Positions 36,801-51,800 of a stretch of DNA of 64,000 nucleotides are shown here, piece after piece. Position numbers and translations under genes: made by a program. The first letter of the stretch is position 1. Every line of letters starts with the position of its first letter. The notes beneath the pieces are model-generated. The model ran no database searches. It saw only the letters and a program-made list of their open reading frames with translations, and was not told the DNA's origin. Source of the stretch: Bugula neritina (taxonomy: Eukaryota; Animalia; Bryozoa); the NCBI GenBank assembly GCA_964035545.1, contig OZ037768.1, positions 10,944,741-11,008,740 on the forward strand, in the 5' to 3' direction.

Positions 36801-39800
36801 ATTTACTTTTCATCAAGTGTGTTTTCAGCATTCCCTTTTTGCTATGAATGTTTGAACTTAATAGAAAGCTATGTTTGAAGAGATGCCTTTTTAGGTGGAT
36901 GACATGATTTTTAAAAACCAATAAAATTTAGCATGATTATTTCAAATCTTATCTTTCTTAATAAGGTTACAAATGGAAAAGATGTTGCATAATTATCTCC
37001 CTTCTCTTAACTTCTCTGCTTATTAAACACAATTATATACACATATGTGAATACTGTACAATTTATACCTTACCTATTAGAGTTGATGAGATTTTTAAAG
37101 CAAGTAAGAACTTTAGTAAGTATTCCATTGTCATCACAGATCTGCACATATAAACAAATCATTGTATACATCACACATTCACTTCAGTTTATCTTATTCT
37201 CATAATACAAGTGATATTAGTTATACTTTCAAATGTTAATGTTAAAATGACATGCATTATTTAACAAAAACATACTAACTTACCTACATTCAGTCCACAA
37301 TAGCAACTCAACACTAATTAGCAGATTATAAATTCAGGGCAAGCACTTAGACATACTTTGCTCACATCTATTTAGCTTCTAGTATATACTGCACACATTG
37401 ATTAGTCATGCTTATTCATAGTGGTAATCCCTGTGAGAACCTATTTAGTTGTTTATGAGATAGGTATTTTCTTGTCCGAAGCCCTGTTCAAACTTTAAAA
37501 ACTATGCAAACACAATCAATAAAACAATTTTCTAGCTTGATTTAAGCCTTCGATTATTAGCAAAAACCTATTTTATACCACTAGTAATAGTTTTAATGAG
37601 CTTCAACAATTTTTCAAAATGTATAACTGAATTCTAAAAGGTGTTTGTAAATAAATTGAAAGTAAAACAGATAGACTTTACTGCAAATCCCATATGCAAG
37701 CTAAAACAAAACAGCCATAAATACGGAACCTTAGCTGATTTAGTACGAAATGATATATAGGTACGGTGGATTTCAGGGACATACATCGAGCAATTCATGG
37801 AGGTAATTGAATCCTTTTTCCCACCACATCTCTTCACAGTTGGCTATGTGGTTAGTGGTGAATATGGTGAAGCAGTCAAGGATGTGGTATAACAGATCAT
37901 CATGTAGGTTGACTGTATTTACCAAGTAGCACAAGCTCTTCACTATACCATCTCTTTTCATTTCATACTTCAAGCTGTGCAATAACAGATGCATCATAGA
38001 GTTGAAACAAAAAAACTGTCTTAACAGTTAATCGAATTTAAACTTCAGCAGTAATGAGTGGACAAACCATTTTAGTGATGCCTTAGATTTAAGAAATAAG
38101 ATTTTGCATTACAAAATATATACATATGTAAAACATAAATGAAAATGGTTTAGAAATGAGAGATCAAAAAAGGAAGATCAAAGCAAAGCTTTTTCTAGTA
38201 ATAAGCTGAACATTTGCATTCATAAAGGAGAACAAAACCATTTAGATCCAACCTTTACATCTGGTTGAGCAAAAACATTGTAATGAAAACATTACGGTGT
38301 TCAGTTTTGAATCAGAAATAGTTATAGTACGTAGAGTAGCTTAATGTATAATATGAGTCATGAATAGTGAACTGGATCACACAGTCATGTATGGTGTAAT
38401 TTATAATACTGTATAAAATGAGTCATGTGTAGTATAATGAGTAATATACAGAATGAGTCATGTATAATATAATGAGTAATATACAGAACGAGTCATGTAT
38501 AGTATAATGAGTAATATACAGAATGAGTCATGTATAATATAATGAGTAATATACAGAATGAGTAATGCAGAATATAATGAGTAATATACAGAACGAGTCA
38601 TGTATAGTATAATGAGTAATATACAGAATGAGTCATGTATAGTATAATGAGTAATATACAGAATGAGTCATGTATAATATAATGAGTAATATACAGAATG
38701 AATCATGTATAGTATAATGAGTAACACATGTATAGTGTAATATATCTTGTAGAAGTCCTATGCAGTATGATCACAGCTAGAATCATAGACAACCTACTTG
38801 CTGCTCTGCTGGACAAGCTGGTGTATACACTGAGTTATCAGCACCCTTCTATCATGGTTAGTTGTAACATTGAGAAGACGAACCAGTTTAGGTATGAGCT
38901 GGTGATGATAGTCTAACTGTTCAGCTTCATGCTTCATATTCAGTTGTTGCTATGTAAACACAGTAGATATTGAGTATAATTACACCTGAATGCACACCAC
39001 AGATTGTTCTCTGGTGGTTCAAGGTTCTGGTTGATCAGAATTAACCACTTAATTCACATGAGTTGACAAAGACTTTCGATGAACTATAAAAGTGAAGCAA
39101 AAAAGGAGATATGGCAGTACCAATGTGATAACAGAAAAGAGCAAATTTTATATTGTAGTCAGAATTAATGTTCAACAGGAGATGAAGATCTAAAGTTGAT
39201 GGCAAATTTCCAGATAAAAAAATAATACTCTTTGAGTTGCTAAAACTTTCCAAAAACCTAAAAAAAAATCTTATATAACTGTCAACCATTCATGGCTCGG
39301 TGCCTCGACTAGCTACAGTGCTATTGCGCCATAGGCCCTGTCATTTTGTTTATTTTTTCTCAATTAATTTTTTCCCGACTGCGACAAAATAAAAACAAAA
39401 AACAAAAAACAAAAAAACTGAGACCTGGCAAATATTGAGTGAAAAACCAAGAATGGTTTACCACCCGACTCCCATTATTCATCGGCTAGAAACTGCTCAA
39501 CAGACAGAATAATGATGAGAATTATAATTCTATCAAAAATCTAAGTAATCACCAGCTTACAAACGAGAAGGTAAAGAAATTGAACGTACAAGGATATCTA
39601 ATTTGCGGGTGGCAGCTAGACCAGTTGTGATGAGCTCTTGTGAGATGTAGACATCAGTATCTGAAGAAACATCAATGAGCTCCACGCCATAACTTGTTTC
39701 TCCAATGTACTTGGCAGGTCTTTTCTCCAACACCTAATATAACAAAAGGATAAAGGTCAATGTTGAATGTTTCATAAGGAAATTTTAGAATTTCCCAGTT

Positions 39801-42800
39801 TTCGCTAGATCATAATTTAGGGTGAGGTTTCATGAGAATATCAATTCATTATAAGACTTATTGATAGAATGGCTGTAAATAGAAGCGCGAACTAAATTGT
39901 CAAAAAAAATAATTCATGCAACAAATCTCTAATTAATGACATAAATTATTTGCATGTAGCCAACCACTCCACATTGTAGGATAAAAAGCTCACTAGATGC
40001 ATAGCATAGATATAGTAGTTTAAAATTTTCATAGATATTATTTAAACAAACCAGCAAATTAGGAATATATAAAATACCCTTGTTCAGTACAATTAAGTGT
40101 CTTTTTGCGAAACTGAGTTATTCACAATAAAACCAATCACTTGACGCCTACATCTCCAATAGTTTAACTCTACATTAGAACAACCACAAGCCTCACCTGA
40201 GCATAGAGACATTCTGACTGACCACATTTCTCCCACAGGAAATTACCAGAATTAACGGACCACTCAGCTTCAACAGGCATTACAGATGCCAAGTAGCACT
40301 CTATAGCTTGGTACGGCAAATCTTTCAGCTCTGGTAGAGATGGGGGTGGTGCAGATACCTCGGAGATAAGTTCAGTAAACAATAAACCATAGTCTATGGA
40401 TAACAACTGTAATTTGGTCTCCATACATGACATGATAACACATCGGCACCACCTAGCACAAAGAGAATAATATGTACACATATAGTATACATATAGTATA
40501 CACACAGTGTATACACAGAACACATACAGTATATACATAGTAGACACACAGTATACATACATTCAGACATACATATCCATAAGCATTACAAAACAGCCGC
40601 CTTCCTCTCGGCGTTATAGAATACGCAACATCAGATATCAGCAAATTCAAAGGTCCAGTGTGAAACCCAGGACAGAAACCCATTCAAGAAAAAAATTAAA
40701 TGATAATGAACAAAGCACCGGAGCTATTTTAATACAGTACCTTTTATCCTCATCAGGATATCGAGCTACACAGAGACTCCGTAGTGTTTTGTTTTTAAGC
40801 TTTTGTTTTCCTTTACTTTTCATTGTGAGCTGCAAATTATCCTCCAGGTCTCTCAACCTATAACACAGAGATGTGATTAAATTTATCTCTAAACCTGATG
40901 CTAGTATAAAGTGTATTGAGATGTAAAATTTTCGGGATTTATTTCTGTAAAAGTATGAAAATAATTGCCAAAATGAAAGATATGATAAATCATTTATTAT
41001 TGCGTCATATTGTAGCAGCTTACAAAGGCCACTATTTTCATCATCACACTTTATGATAAACAAATGATGCCACACAATAAAGAGTAAGTTTGTTTAAACA
41101 ATAGATGACGTGTTTTCATTATAAATCGGAAAGAGCTGCTTATCATTATGTTGGTGTAAAAGGAACAAGTGTTGAACACAACAAGATCAATAATTTTTGA
41201 TGAAATGTTGAATAGTAAAAGTGATTGAATGAGAAGTATTGGGTGTTAGTATTATTGGCAAGCATGATGCTACTTCACCTATTTAATGTATTTAAACTGT
41301 GTGATACTAGTATACCATATTATGATATAAAGTATATAGAACATAGGAGAATATAGAAGAATACTTGTAAATAAAAATAGCACAGAGTAAATATTCTAGT
41401 TGGTTAGAAGATGAGAAGGACACATGCTCACTCTAACATTCATCTGCCATTTAAATCAATTCAGGTAAGTCTAACTAATGCTACTTAATATGTATCTGCA
41501 TGCTACCTAAGGGTACCTGCATGCTACCTAATATGTACCTGTATGCTACCTAATATGTACCTGCATGCTACCTAATATGTACCTGCATGCTACCTAAGGG
41601 TACCTGTATGCTACAATGCCTTGTGGGCATGTTGCAGATAGTTTACAAATCAATTTTACATTAGTAATTTTTGATTAGCACAGTATTTTGCTGTTACACA
41701 ATTTTAATCTTGATACTTAATGCTACACCGGCACACCTATAAACATTTTGACTGAATTCAATCAAAAGCCTTATAAAACCTGAAAAACTTCCAAAAGATG
41801 AGCAGAAGTCTTTGAAAACTCAGTGAGTAAATGAGTAAAAGTGCCTCAGAAGACAGGTATGGTATTTTAATTCTAACATAAACAAGGCCAACGTCATCAC
41901 AGTACACCAATTGTATTAACCGAGTAGTTTTTATAGAGAAGTTTGTATATCAGAGCTCTGAGCTTTGCAAATAAAATTGAAATATATAATCAATAGATTA
42001 TCAAATGGCTTCCTGTAGTTAGCATCATAATACACAGTAGCGTTGGCAAGGCTGGAGGTAAGCTGTACGTAACCAGCAGCATAACAGCTCAGTCAATAGG
42101 ACCAGCAACGCAGGGAAGGTAAGAAAGCATTTGTAGGTGTAACATTATTCTCTAGAATAACACTTGTTTTTAACTAACAATATATTTAGTAACCTTGACA
42201 ACAGAACTGTGTACTGTAGGTAAATTAGCCTACAGAAATACCGGTCTAGCAGCGGCTATAGTTGGCTACTAAACAGCATAAACCGTTACGATATAAATAT
42301 GAAAAATGAGTTAGATGTGAAAATTTGTCACCTCCTTTGAAACAGATAAAAGGCATTTAACTTAAATATCATATATAGTAATATAGTAATATAGCAATAT
42401 AGCAATATAGCAATATAGCAATATAGCAATATAGCAATATAGCAATATAGCAATATAGCAATATAGCAATATAGCAATATAGCAATATAGCAATATAGCA
42501 ATATAGCAATATAGCAATATAGCGCATGTTCATTTATGACAATGGTGTTTCTCAGTTATATTGGATTTATTTTTGGGTTTGGAGTGCAAGTATAACACAC
42601 CAATTTTGAAAACCATAACTCGGTGTTGATTTACTAGGGAAAAAAGTCCTGTGAATAGCTGAAAAAGTTCAGGTGAAAATTTGTATAATAAGCTGTTTTA
42701 ACCTCAATAATTTTAATCTAACAGAGTTTCTAATCGCAAACAAATTCTTTACCTACGAACTGTCCTAACAGCCTATAGCCTATACTCAATAGCTGATTTA

Positions 42801-45800
42801 AGTAGTAACTATGATAGGAAAAGTGCTGTTCAAAAATATTCCAATATTCTCACTGCAAGCAACAATCATAGTTGACCAATAAGAAGGCAATTAGGCATTT
42901 TCTGCCATACTTGCATCAACATATAATTGGTTGAATTCACTAATTGATTTAGCATAAAATACTAACACAATGTAGTGTGATTCATTAATAATTAACAAAA
43001 TATCAGTTGTATGTGTGCATCATTTGATTAAATATTCATTCCTGATGAGTAGCTTAATACTGGGTAGAGAAGCTTATGAAACAAGTTAGAATGCTCAGCC
43101 AATCAACACTCACACACAACAACCAATAAAATTGATTCACGGCTGAATACAAAAATATCTCAATTTGCTAAATTATTGGATGATATCCTAGCAGCTATAT
43201 GTTTATCATCCATGGAGTGCACTTGATTCTTAACAACATTCACACTGATTAGTATCTAGTGAGTGTCATCAAAGATATTAATTTAATAATTACATATCAT
43301 AGATATTACTAGCACAATAATTACAATTGATAATGAGTACTTAATAGTCTTATTTATTTTTAAACCTAATGATATTACAAAACAAAAATTAAATTAATTA
43401 TTAGTCTAAAAAATATTTTATTGGTAGTTTCACTAATAAATTAACCTCAGAAAGAATGAAAAAGATTAAATAAAACTGTTTCTATAATAATATACTCAAG
43501 TCTGCGACAAGTCTGCATATAGAAATCATAATTGAAAAAAAGTTTGGTGAACAGTCAACAATTCAATTAATTATAATTTGGTTTACTTTCTTCAATTATT
43601 TATGTTCATTATCTTCATACTTCATACTAATTTAAACTAGACAATCATATAGATGCCAATTGAGCTGAAACCTGGTTGACTTGGATTCAATCAAAACCTT
43701 GAAATTAATCAGATGATCTTTAAAATATCTAAACCTGTCGTAGCCGGACCATTCAATGAAAGCCATCTCTAATAACTAAACCTTGATCGCTGTTACCATT
43801 GAACTATAAGGTTATAGTTTCAGTTCAGTGGCTGTTACCAACGGCTTTTTAAATTTAAAACTCTTAATTTTTGAAAGTTTGGAAATTTATATACTAAAAG
43901 TATTCTAAATAGTAAAAGTTAATTAGAGCTTAATATTTCACCTATCTCGTGATGGCCACACAATTCCAACAAGCAACAATTTAATAATCAAAATCTAGAT
44001 CTTAGGAATAGGGTTGGCTAATGTCCTCGAAGCTACAACTGTTCAAGCAGCTTAATCACATCAAAGATAATTATTCTTCTGTGAGGCACATTCTGTTGTA
44101 CATATCAATGGAATGATGTAGATAATTACTAAATTCACTTCTATTTAAATTATTTTACATATATGCAACTCCATAAATTTGGTTCCAACGTTCTAATTGC
44201 TACAATGAAACTAGAGAGCTAAAAATCTATTTTGCTATCTTTTCATGGCACAATACACTACTAAAATCTTTATTTTACTTGTTAAAAAACCTAGTGATTA
44301 TAAATAATTATTGATAAAATAATTGACCTTAGCATGACTGTACCAATAACAGTAGCACTAGCTAATATAGTGGAAATAAATAGAATCTAGCATCTCTAGT
44401 GTATTTACCTGTATTGATAGCAAAGGATCTTACACAAAGATTCAGCAAAGTATTGACTATTTACACAAAACCATCACGTCATTGGCTTTCATGAATTTAC
44501 CAATAATCAATGGTTACAGGTACCCTGTGTACGTTTGCAGATATTCACATAATGCATTCAGAGCTAGTAGAAACTGGCATGGAAAAGTATCATTAGTTGA
44601 TATTAGCTTTAGCAGAGTCAATTATTTTTATAAGTAGATAGTTTCAGTAGTAACTTGTATAGTTATTTTGACTATGGCAGCTTACTGTCCAGATGGTGGA
44701 GAAGAGGTAAGCCAGATTAATTAAAAACAGACTTTAAAAATAAGTTGAAGTTATTTTAAGATGTTAAACATGTATGAAATTATTTGCAGGAGGCAATGGC
44801 GACAGCAGCTGTGGTGCCTGGCGACATGAATGAGAGTTTTACAAAGGAATTTCTCTCCTGCTCCATCTGTTGGGAACTATACGATGACAAAGCCAGACAA
44901 CCTAAACTGCTCGGTTGTCATCATACCTTCTGCAAGGGATGCTTAAAAAAGATTTTACGAGGAAGATCATTCCTTCAGGTAACAACTGGCTTAATTTATG
45001 GTAGTTTCTCGCTGTAAGGACACTAGAACAGTAGAAACTGTATATTCCAACGATTTGCTTTTATGAAGTAACACGTTCAAAATGAAGTTAAAACAACCTA
45101 TTCTGTAAAACATATTGATTATATGTTTTACAGAATAGCTTATTTATAGATCTCTATAAATAAACACCAGAATCCCGAGTGTTCTCAAAATATGAAAACT
45201 AAAAGTTAAAACACTGTCGAAAAATAATTAAGTATTACATCCTATTTGCAACATTCTATTGCTTTTGCCTTTACTTTCAGTGTTCGACGTGCAGAAAAGA
45301 CACTTTAGTAACAGATGGAATTTCCTCTTTGCAAACTAATTTTTATGTCATGTACATGAAGCAAAAGTTCGGAGATCAGATGAAAGCAAACCTCAATGTT
45401 TGCTACAAGCACTCACTTCAGCCACTTTCTTTCTTTTGCAAGTAAGATTCTAGTTTTAAATCACTTGTCATTAAAAACTAATGATCCAACATAACTAGAG
45501 AAAAAATTTTAGTAAAAAAGCATATGCCTTTTCAGTTAATCTAACATTATATATGAGTTTGAAATAGAGTTTACTACAAACTTTTTGAAAATTTAGGACC
45601 TGCAAGCAAATGGTGTGCAGAGACTGCATAGTGCTTACACACCCTAAAGCGGAGGGTCACGAGTTACAAGAACTGAATGAGGTGAAGGCTGAGTATGTTG
45701 TCAGCTTAGAGCAACTTCGTATTAAAGTAGAAGATGGAGTCTGCAGACAGCAAAACAATCTGTCATGTCTGCGAGTAGAACTGGACTCAATGGACATTGT

Positions 45801-48800
45801 CACTGAGGTATCGTACACCAATTCTAATAAACCAAAGGTAATTTTGTGCAAAGGACCAAACACAGTTGGGTAATTTGAAAACACATTTTATTCAATTTTA
45901 CAATGTGATTTTTGCGCAGTTATTGGGAGCAAATTCCCCTGTGCTTTGCTGGCAAATCAAATCGCTCAAACTGGTGCATTCCTATAGGATAAAGCGGTAT
46001 TTGACTTTTAGCAAGCTTATTGGTATAAACTATTGACAAAGTAAAATACCCTTATGGCAGCTTTACTGAAATACTTAAATATCAATATTAATATTAGAAG
46101 AGTATAACAAAACCTAGGGGTTAGAGCATTTGCCTAGTAAGCACAAAATAGGTCTTTAGCCTGATTCAAGAAAAAACCCTTTCCAGCAAGGAATGGCAAC
46201 TATAAACTTGCTTGAGTGTGAATGAGCATAACAAAATCATCAGGTACAATAAGAATAAAATAGGAAATAAAGTTATTGCAAACTCTTCAAAATTTAACTT
46301 CTCTTATTACAGGTTGCCATGAAAGAAATCGACAAGTCCTTTGACGCTTTAGTAGAAGTGGTAAACACTCGTCGTCAGCAGGTCAAGGACATACTGAAGG
46401 AAACCCACGAAACTAGACACAGAGCTGTAAATGAGCTACTAGTCGAAGTAGACAATCAGACTGCACAACTTAAAGCTATAAGAGAACAATTGGATGATGC
46501 TACATGCAAAGGTAAGTTTTACATGCAAGCATAGACTCGAAAAGCATTACATTAACAAAAGAAAAGATTTTCACAAAAATAAAAATGAAGCTTATAAATA
46601 AGATAGGTTTTTGGACAAATTTAATACAAGTTTAAAATATTTTTTATTAAAGTTAATGTAAATTGTTGCAAAACTTATAGCAAACATTATTTCACACATT
46701 TTGCCAGGCCAACTACGAGATTTAGTAGATGTGGCAACGAATCAGGATTTGCAACAGCAGATAGCAGCAATGATTGATATTCGAGAGCTGAACCTGGGAA
46801 AAAATTATTTTACCTATAATGCCAAAGATGCTATAAAACAGTTGCAACAACTAATGGCAAAAACTGGTGAAATTAAGGATTTATGCATGCTTCCGGCAAA
46901 AATCAGCATAGAAAATGATGTGGCAACCGCTTGCTTAGAGACAAACATACTAATGAAGGTGAGCTACCTGGTTCACTTAAGACAGATATACAACATAACA
47001 GTGTTTTAGTTTTGGCATTTCATTGGTTGACTATTTCATGTAGATGCTATAAATTGAACTATTTTCGCTTTTTCGGCCATAGTTTTTTGGAAGTTAGTCA
47101 ATGTTAATGAGCAATCATGAGGTCACCACTCAATCCAACTTTTTAACAGCTCATATGATCTAACAACGAATAGATTTTATCATGTAGACAAACTTGGTAT
47201 TTTAAAATTAGTTTCTTGCGATAATTTCAACCTGCGTCCCAAACCAAAATTTACTGAGCAAACCAAAGAACTTGGGCTATCTCAATTGCTCCACTACGGC
47301 ACCAAAATGAAAATTTGAACAAGTTAAAATGTCGACGTTAATTTTTCCAGGACTTGCATATCAATTCTAACCGACTCACTTCCATTGCTTGACTTGACTA
47401 CCATTGACACAATGTTGCTCAGTGCTTATAATAATCAATATCTAATAGTAAATAAGAATTATTGCTAATGTATGATGCACTTGATAAGTGTTGGTTGTAT
47501 TATACTTCAACTTTGTGCTAAAGATTGTACATGTTTAGCAGATCTGTCTATATCATACTAATCTTATCATTGGTATTTATATGTGTTTTAAGCCTGTTAT
47601 ATGCTAGTAATAATATAATATTAATGTTCAATATATGGAAAACTTTATAATACAGCATTGGGATGAATATCTCCCAACTATATATTATTTCATTGTTTTA
47701 TAATTTATAAATTTCAACTGTACAGCCACTAAAATGTAAAAGTGATCTCAAAAATGAGCCAAGTGTAAAATCATTATAAAAATCAAATGCTCAAGGTGAA
47801 CATTGGCGAGGCAAATGCCTTTCAGTCAAATCTCCACAAAAATTGAGCCGCCTGCTTGCATCATGGCACTGTCTCTAGTTTGAAACAATTCACTAAAATA
47901 TTTTTGCTGGCAGAGCAGGAGACAATTTTACATCTTTTTCCTTTAGTTTAGTTTTAATTTACTGGAGGTGACAATCTCACAATAGGACCACAAATCTTAT
48001 ACTCTATAGTAAATAAAGTCTATTCAATTCTAGTAGGAAAAGCTAAGGTTCACAAACCAGAGTTAATAAGGGAGTTGATACTTGTAAGATTTTCTTTAAT
48101 ATATATATTAAAATGTAAAAAGTGAACAGTCCATGCCAATAATAACAAACCCTTCTTGATCAACAGAAAATAAACAAGATTTAAATGCATAGAGCTTGAA
48201 TTCATTGGGTGCATATGTTTATGTAGAATTACATGCTCAAATTTATTAGTCAGCTTTGCTGATCATTTTGTCCTCTACTGTAAATTCAAACCAGCGAAAT
48301 AATATTTTTGCTATTTCAATTGCAGATTTCAACGCATACTGAAGAGCCATTGCCAAGATACCCATTGACCATGGCTATAGTAGATCCAACAGGAGACGAG
48401 ATACAATGCGAGACCACAGACAATCATGACGGTACATACACAGTTGTGTTTACACCTCAGATATCAGGAGCTCATCTCTGCACAGGTAAACAGCAACACA
48501 CTTTGACCATGTCTTCATGCACGAGGCTATTGCAGCCTCTACAGCTGTAACATGACTTTTTAGGCTTGATTCCAGAAAATTGTTTCAATTTTTTAGCTAT
48601 TTAGAGTTATAAACTAACTTGTAAGATCTATACGATACTTAATCTACACTACCAAAAGCTATTTATTTCACATTGGAAATTAAAATATCAACAAAGATGA
48701 TAGACATGCTTATACTACAGAGTTAGACTGCAGATTTAAAGTGTAAACTAATAATCTATTTGAGCATATATTCCATGGCTGAAAAGGTTTCAATAGTACC

Positions 48801-51800
48801 AAAGAAAACCCATAAGGGTTTGGATAAGAGAAGCCATGCAAACTTCAACAACAACACTGTGTTTTCACACTAAATAAATGCAACACTCCAAAACTTGAAA
48901 AGTTTTACCTACTTCATGAAAATTACCAAGTTTCAATGCGATGCACAGCCATTTCACTTAGGATTGATTACTACATATTTTGCTAGATGAAATTGAAATT
49001 TGTTTTTGATTCAATATTAATTCATAATATTTTTAATCTATCAGTATTGGAATGGCATATTGTTTATGTAAAAATAGTATAAATGTTTACCGTTCTAAAT
49101 TATACCAACACTTTCAATGAGAAACGCAACTGGAAACTTTAAAGTAAAAATGTCAAACGTGTCTCAGACAAATTAAGAACAAATGTGAATTCAATTTTTA
49201 GTCCAGTTTTTGGGCCACAAGATACTGAGCTCATGTACCAGTGTTGCGGTGCTTAGTAACGACCCCGTCCAAGTGTTGGGATCTATGGGTAAAGATGAAG
49301 GAATGCTGATGTACCCATGCTCATTAAAGATTGATGAAGATGGTGCAATGTATGTGGTTGATGAAGGTAAATAATAGAAAATTATAGCTATTTATAAAAC
49401 AGCTAGAGCCGTAGATGTATTTACAGTGACCGTATATACAAGGACTTGAACAAATTGTACTCTTCTAGTAATAAAAAATACAACAAAAGAGAAAATTGTT
49501 GACTTAAAAACATAACTTCTTATTTAATGAAATATTTTGATAGGAAATCAGCGAATACAGAAGTTTCATGATGAAAAAGTAGAAATCATAACTGTAGCAG
49601 GAACGAACAAGGCGGCTCGCACATTTGATTGTGCTGTAGATTTGAAGAATGATGAGCTTATCTGCTCTAAGGTAATGTGTTGTACGACAAAACTGTGGCA
49701 GTAAATGTTTGACACTATTTTTTTTATTATTTTATCATTACAGCGAGTGACCAAAAAAGAGAAAAAAAACTAAAAAACAATTGTGGTGGTACTTTTCAGT
49801 GCTTGTAATTTTAAAAACTCATTAAAACTAGAAAAGTAACAAAACAACAAATAAGAAAAGAAATGTGACAAAATCTGTGATCGTAAAACATTTTAGGTCA
49901 TGGTAGAGCAGAGAAAAGCATGGGCCAACACAATTCAAATCTTCTCCTTAGATGGAACCCCAAAGCACCAATTTACTAATCCTGAGATGAAGAAGGCTCT
50001 GTATGTAGCAGTAAACAGCTCACAGCAAATAATAATCCCTGACTACCACTTGAATACACTTTTCATTTATGACCACAAAGGTAATTCTTCAGAAGAATGT
50101 ATCTATTTCTTAGAACTGAGCATATAAAACTGAATATTTTTCAAAAATTAAGCCCAACTAAAAACATTAGTTAAACAGTGACCGCTCTTTACTTTGATAC
50201 CCCTAGCTCCTTAACATTAAAGTAACATGAAAATGCCTCCAAATGTGAATTATAATTATTATAACTTTATGATTATTCATGAATTGCAGGCAATCTCATT
50301 GACCGAGTAGGGCAGACAGGATCTGGACCAGGGGAGTTCAAGGAGCCAGCCTTTGTATGCATAGGCCATGACGATGACATCATCATTTCAGACTGCCGCA
50401 ACAGTCGTGTGCAAGTTCTCAACAGGCAGGGTCAATTTAAATACCAAATAGGAACAAAAGGGAGTGGCAAAGGACAACTGCAAGGACCCTCAGGGGTGGC
50501 AATTGATAAGCAAGGACACATCTTAGTCACTGACAGAGTAAACAATCGATTACAGGTGAGAAAAATTTCATCAATTACTAGCGAAATTGCAACCAATTTG
50601 TCTAATCTTTTCAAGTTTTAAGAAAGTTTTAAATGAACTCGATGGGTCTGCTGTAGGTTTACACATACGACGGAAAATTTGTGAGCTGCATAGAAAGCTG
50701 CGGAAACAAACTGAATGATCCAAGAGGACTGGCGGTATCGTCTGACGGACATGTTTTTGTTGCGGACCAGAAGAATCACTGCATTAAAAAGTTTAAATAC
50801 ATGCACGTAGCTCCGAACGGCTCAAAACTGGAATCGGTGTTGTAACTGGCCAGCAGTTAACAAATAAAAAAAGAACTAAAGTAGATCTATTCAGTGCCAT
50901 TCTTTACATTCAGATAGTCGCAAAATACCCAACGAGAAAACTTTTTAGCTTTTGGCAACTTGCAACATTGCTGAATTTTTATTATTATTGTAGGCAAATT
51001 TGTTAGTTTATCTTTTATGTCATCTTTTGTTTTACCATAAAAATTAACGGAGTTTACTTTAGCCTTCGCCTAGTAAAGCATAAGATGACTTACTTTATTG
51101 ATGTATAACATAACAACTTTAACTCTAACGTTGACCATAGGAATGGTCACAATATTGGTATAGATATTTCATCAGTTTTAACCTATTTCTATAACTTTCA
51201 ACATAAACTATTTCGACTTACGGCTTACTGTTTTTACGATGTAATAAGTTGGTAAATTTAAAATTATAAGACGAAAGCTTGCCAAGATTTAAGAGAAGCT
51301 AATAGTTAAAGCATATTTTAAATATAAGTCATGTCATCAATCTACAGCCATACCTGTCATACTGGTCTGTTCTAATAATAAACATCTCTGAAGGATCCTC
51401 CACATTTGAGAAGTAGATATGACATGATTCAAACTCATCAAGCTGTCTTGTCTCAGCGGCTACGGCGTCAGCGGCAGCAATGGTCTCTACTGAGTCTGGA
51501 ATCAGTTGATTCTGCTTAGACACTTTGTCTGTCTTACTGGGTGCAGCCGGTAAAACAACTTTTCCTTTACATGCATCCTTGAGCAGTTCAATATGCTGTA
51601 AAATCATTTGTCATACAGTGGAGAATGAGGGGAGACTGTAACAATCAGCTATCCTTTGCCTCAACAAGAATGTGTTCAATAACAAACCAAGTCACAAACA
51701 TTTAGTCAAGAATTTAAAAAAATTGTCTATTGGACCACTGAGGTTCATATATAAACTCACATAAGTTTACAGTCAGTTCATAGTCGCCATCTTATGACTA

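Noticed and set aside
38416-38725. CRISPR-like array (also considered for 62918-63121 and 41488-41615)
   Set aside because: These are head-to-tail tandem units without unique spacers, in a eukaryotic context with no cas genes.
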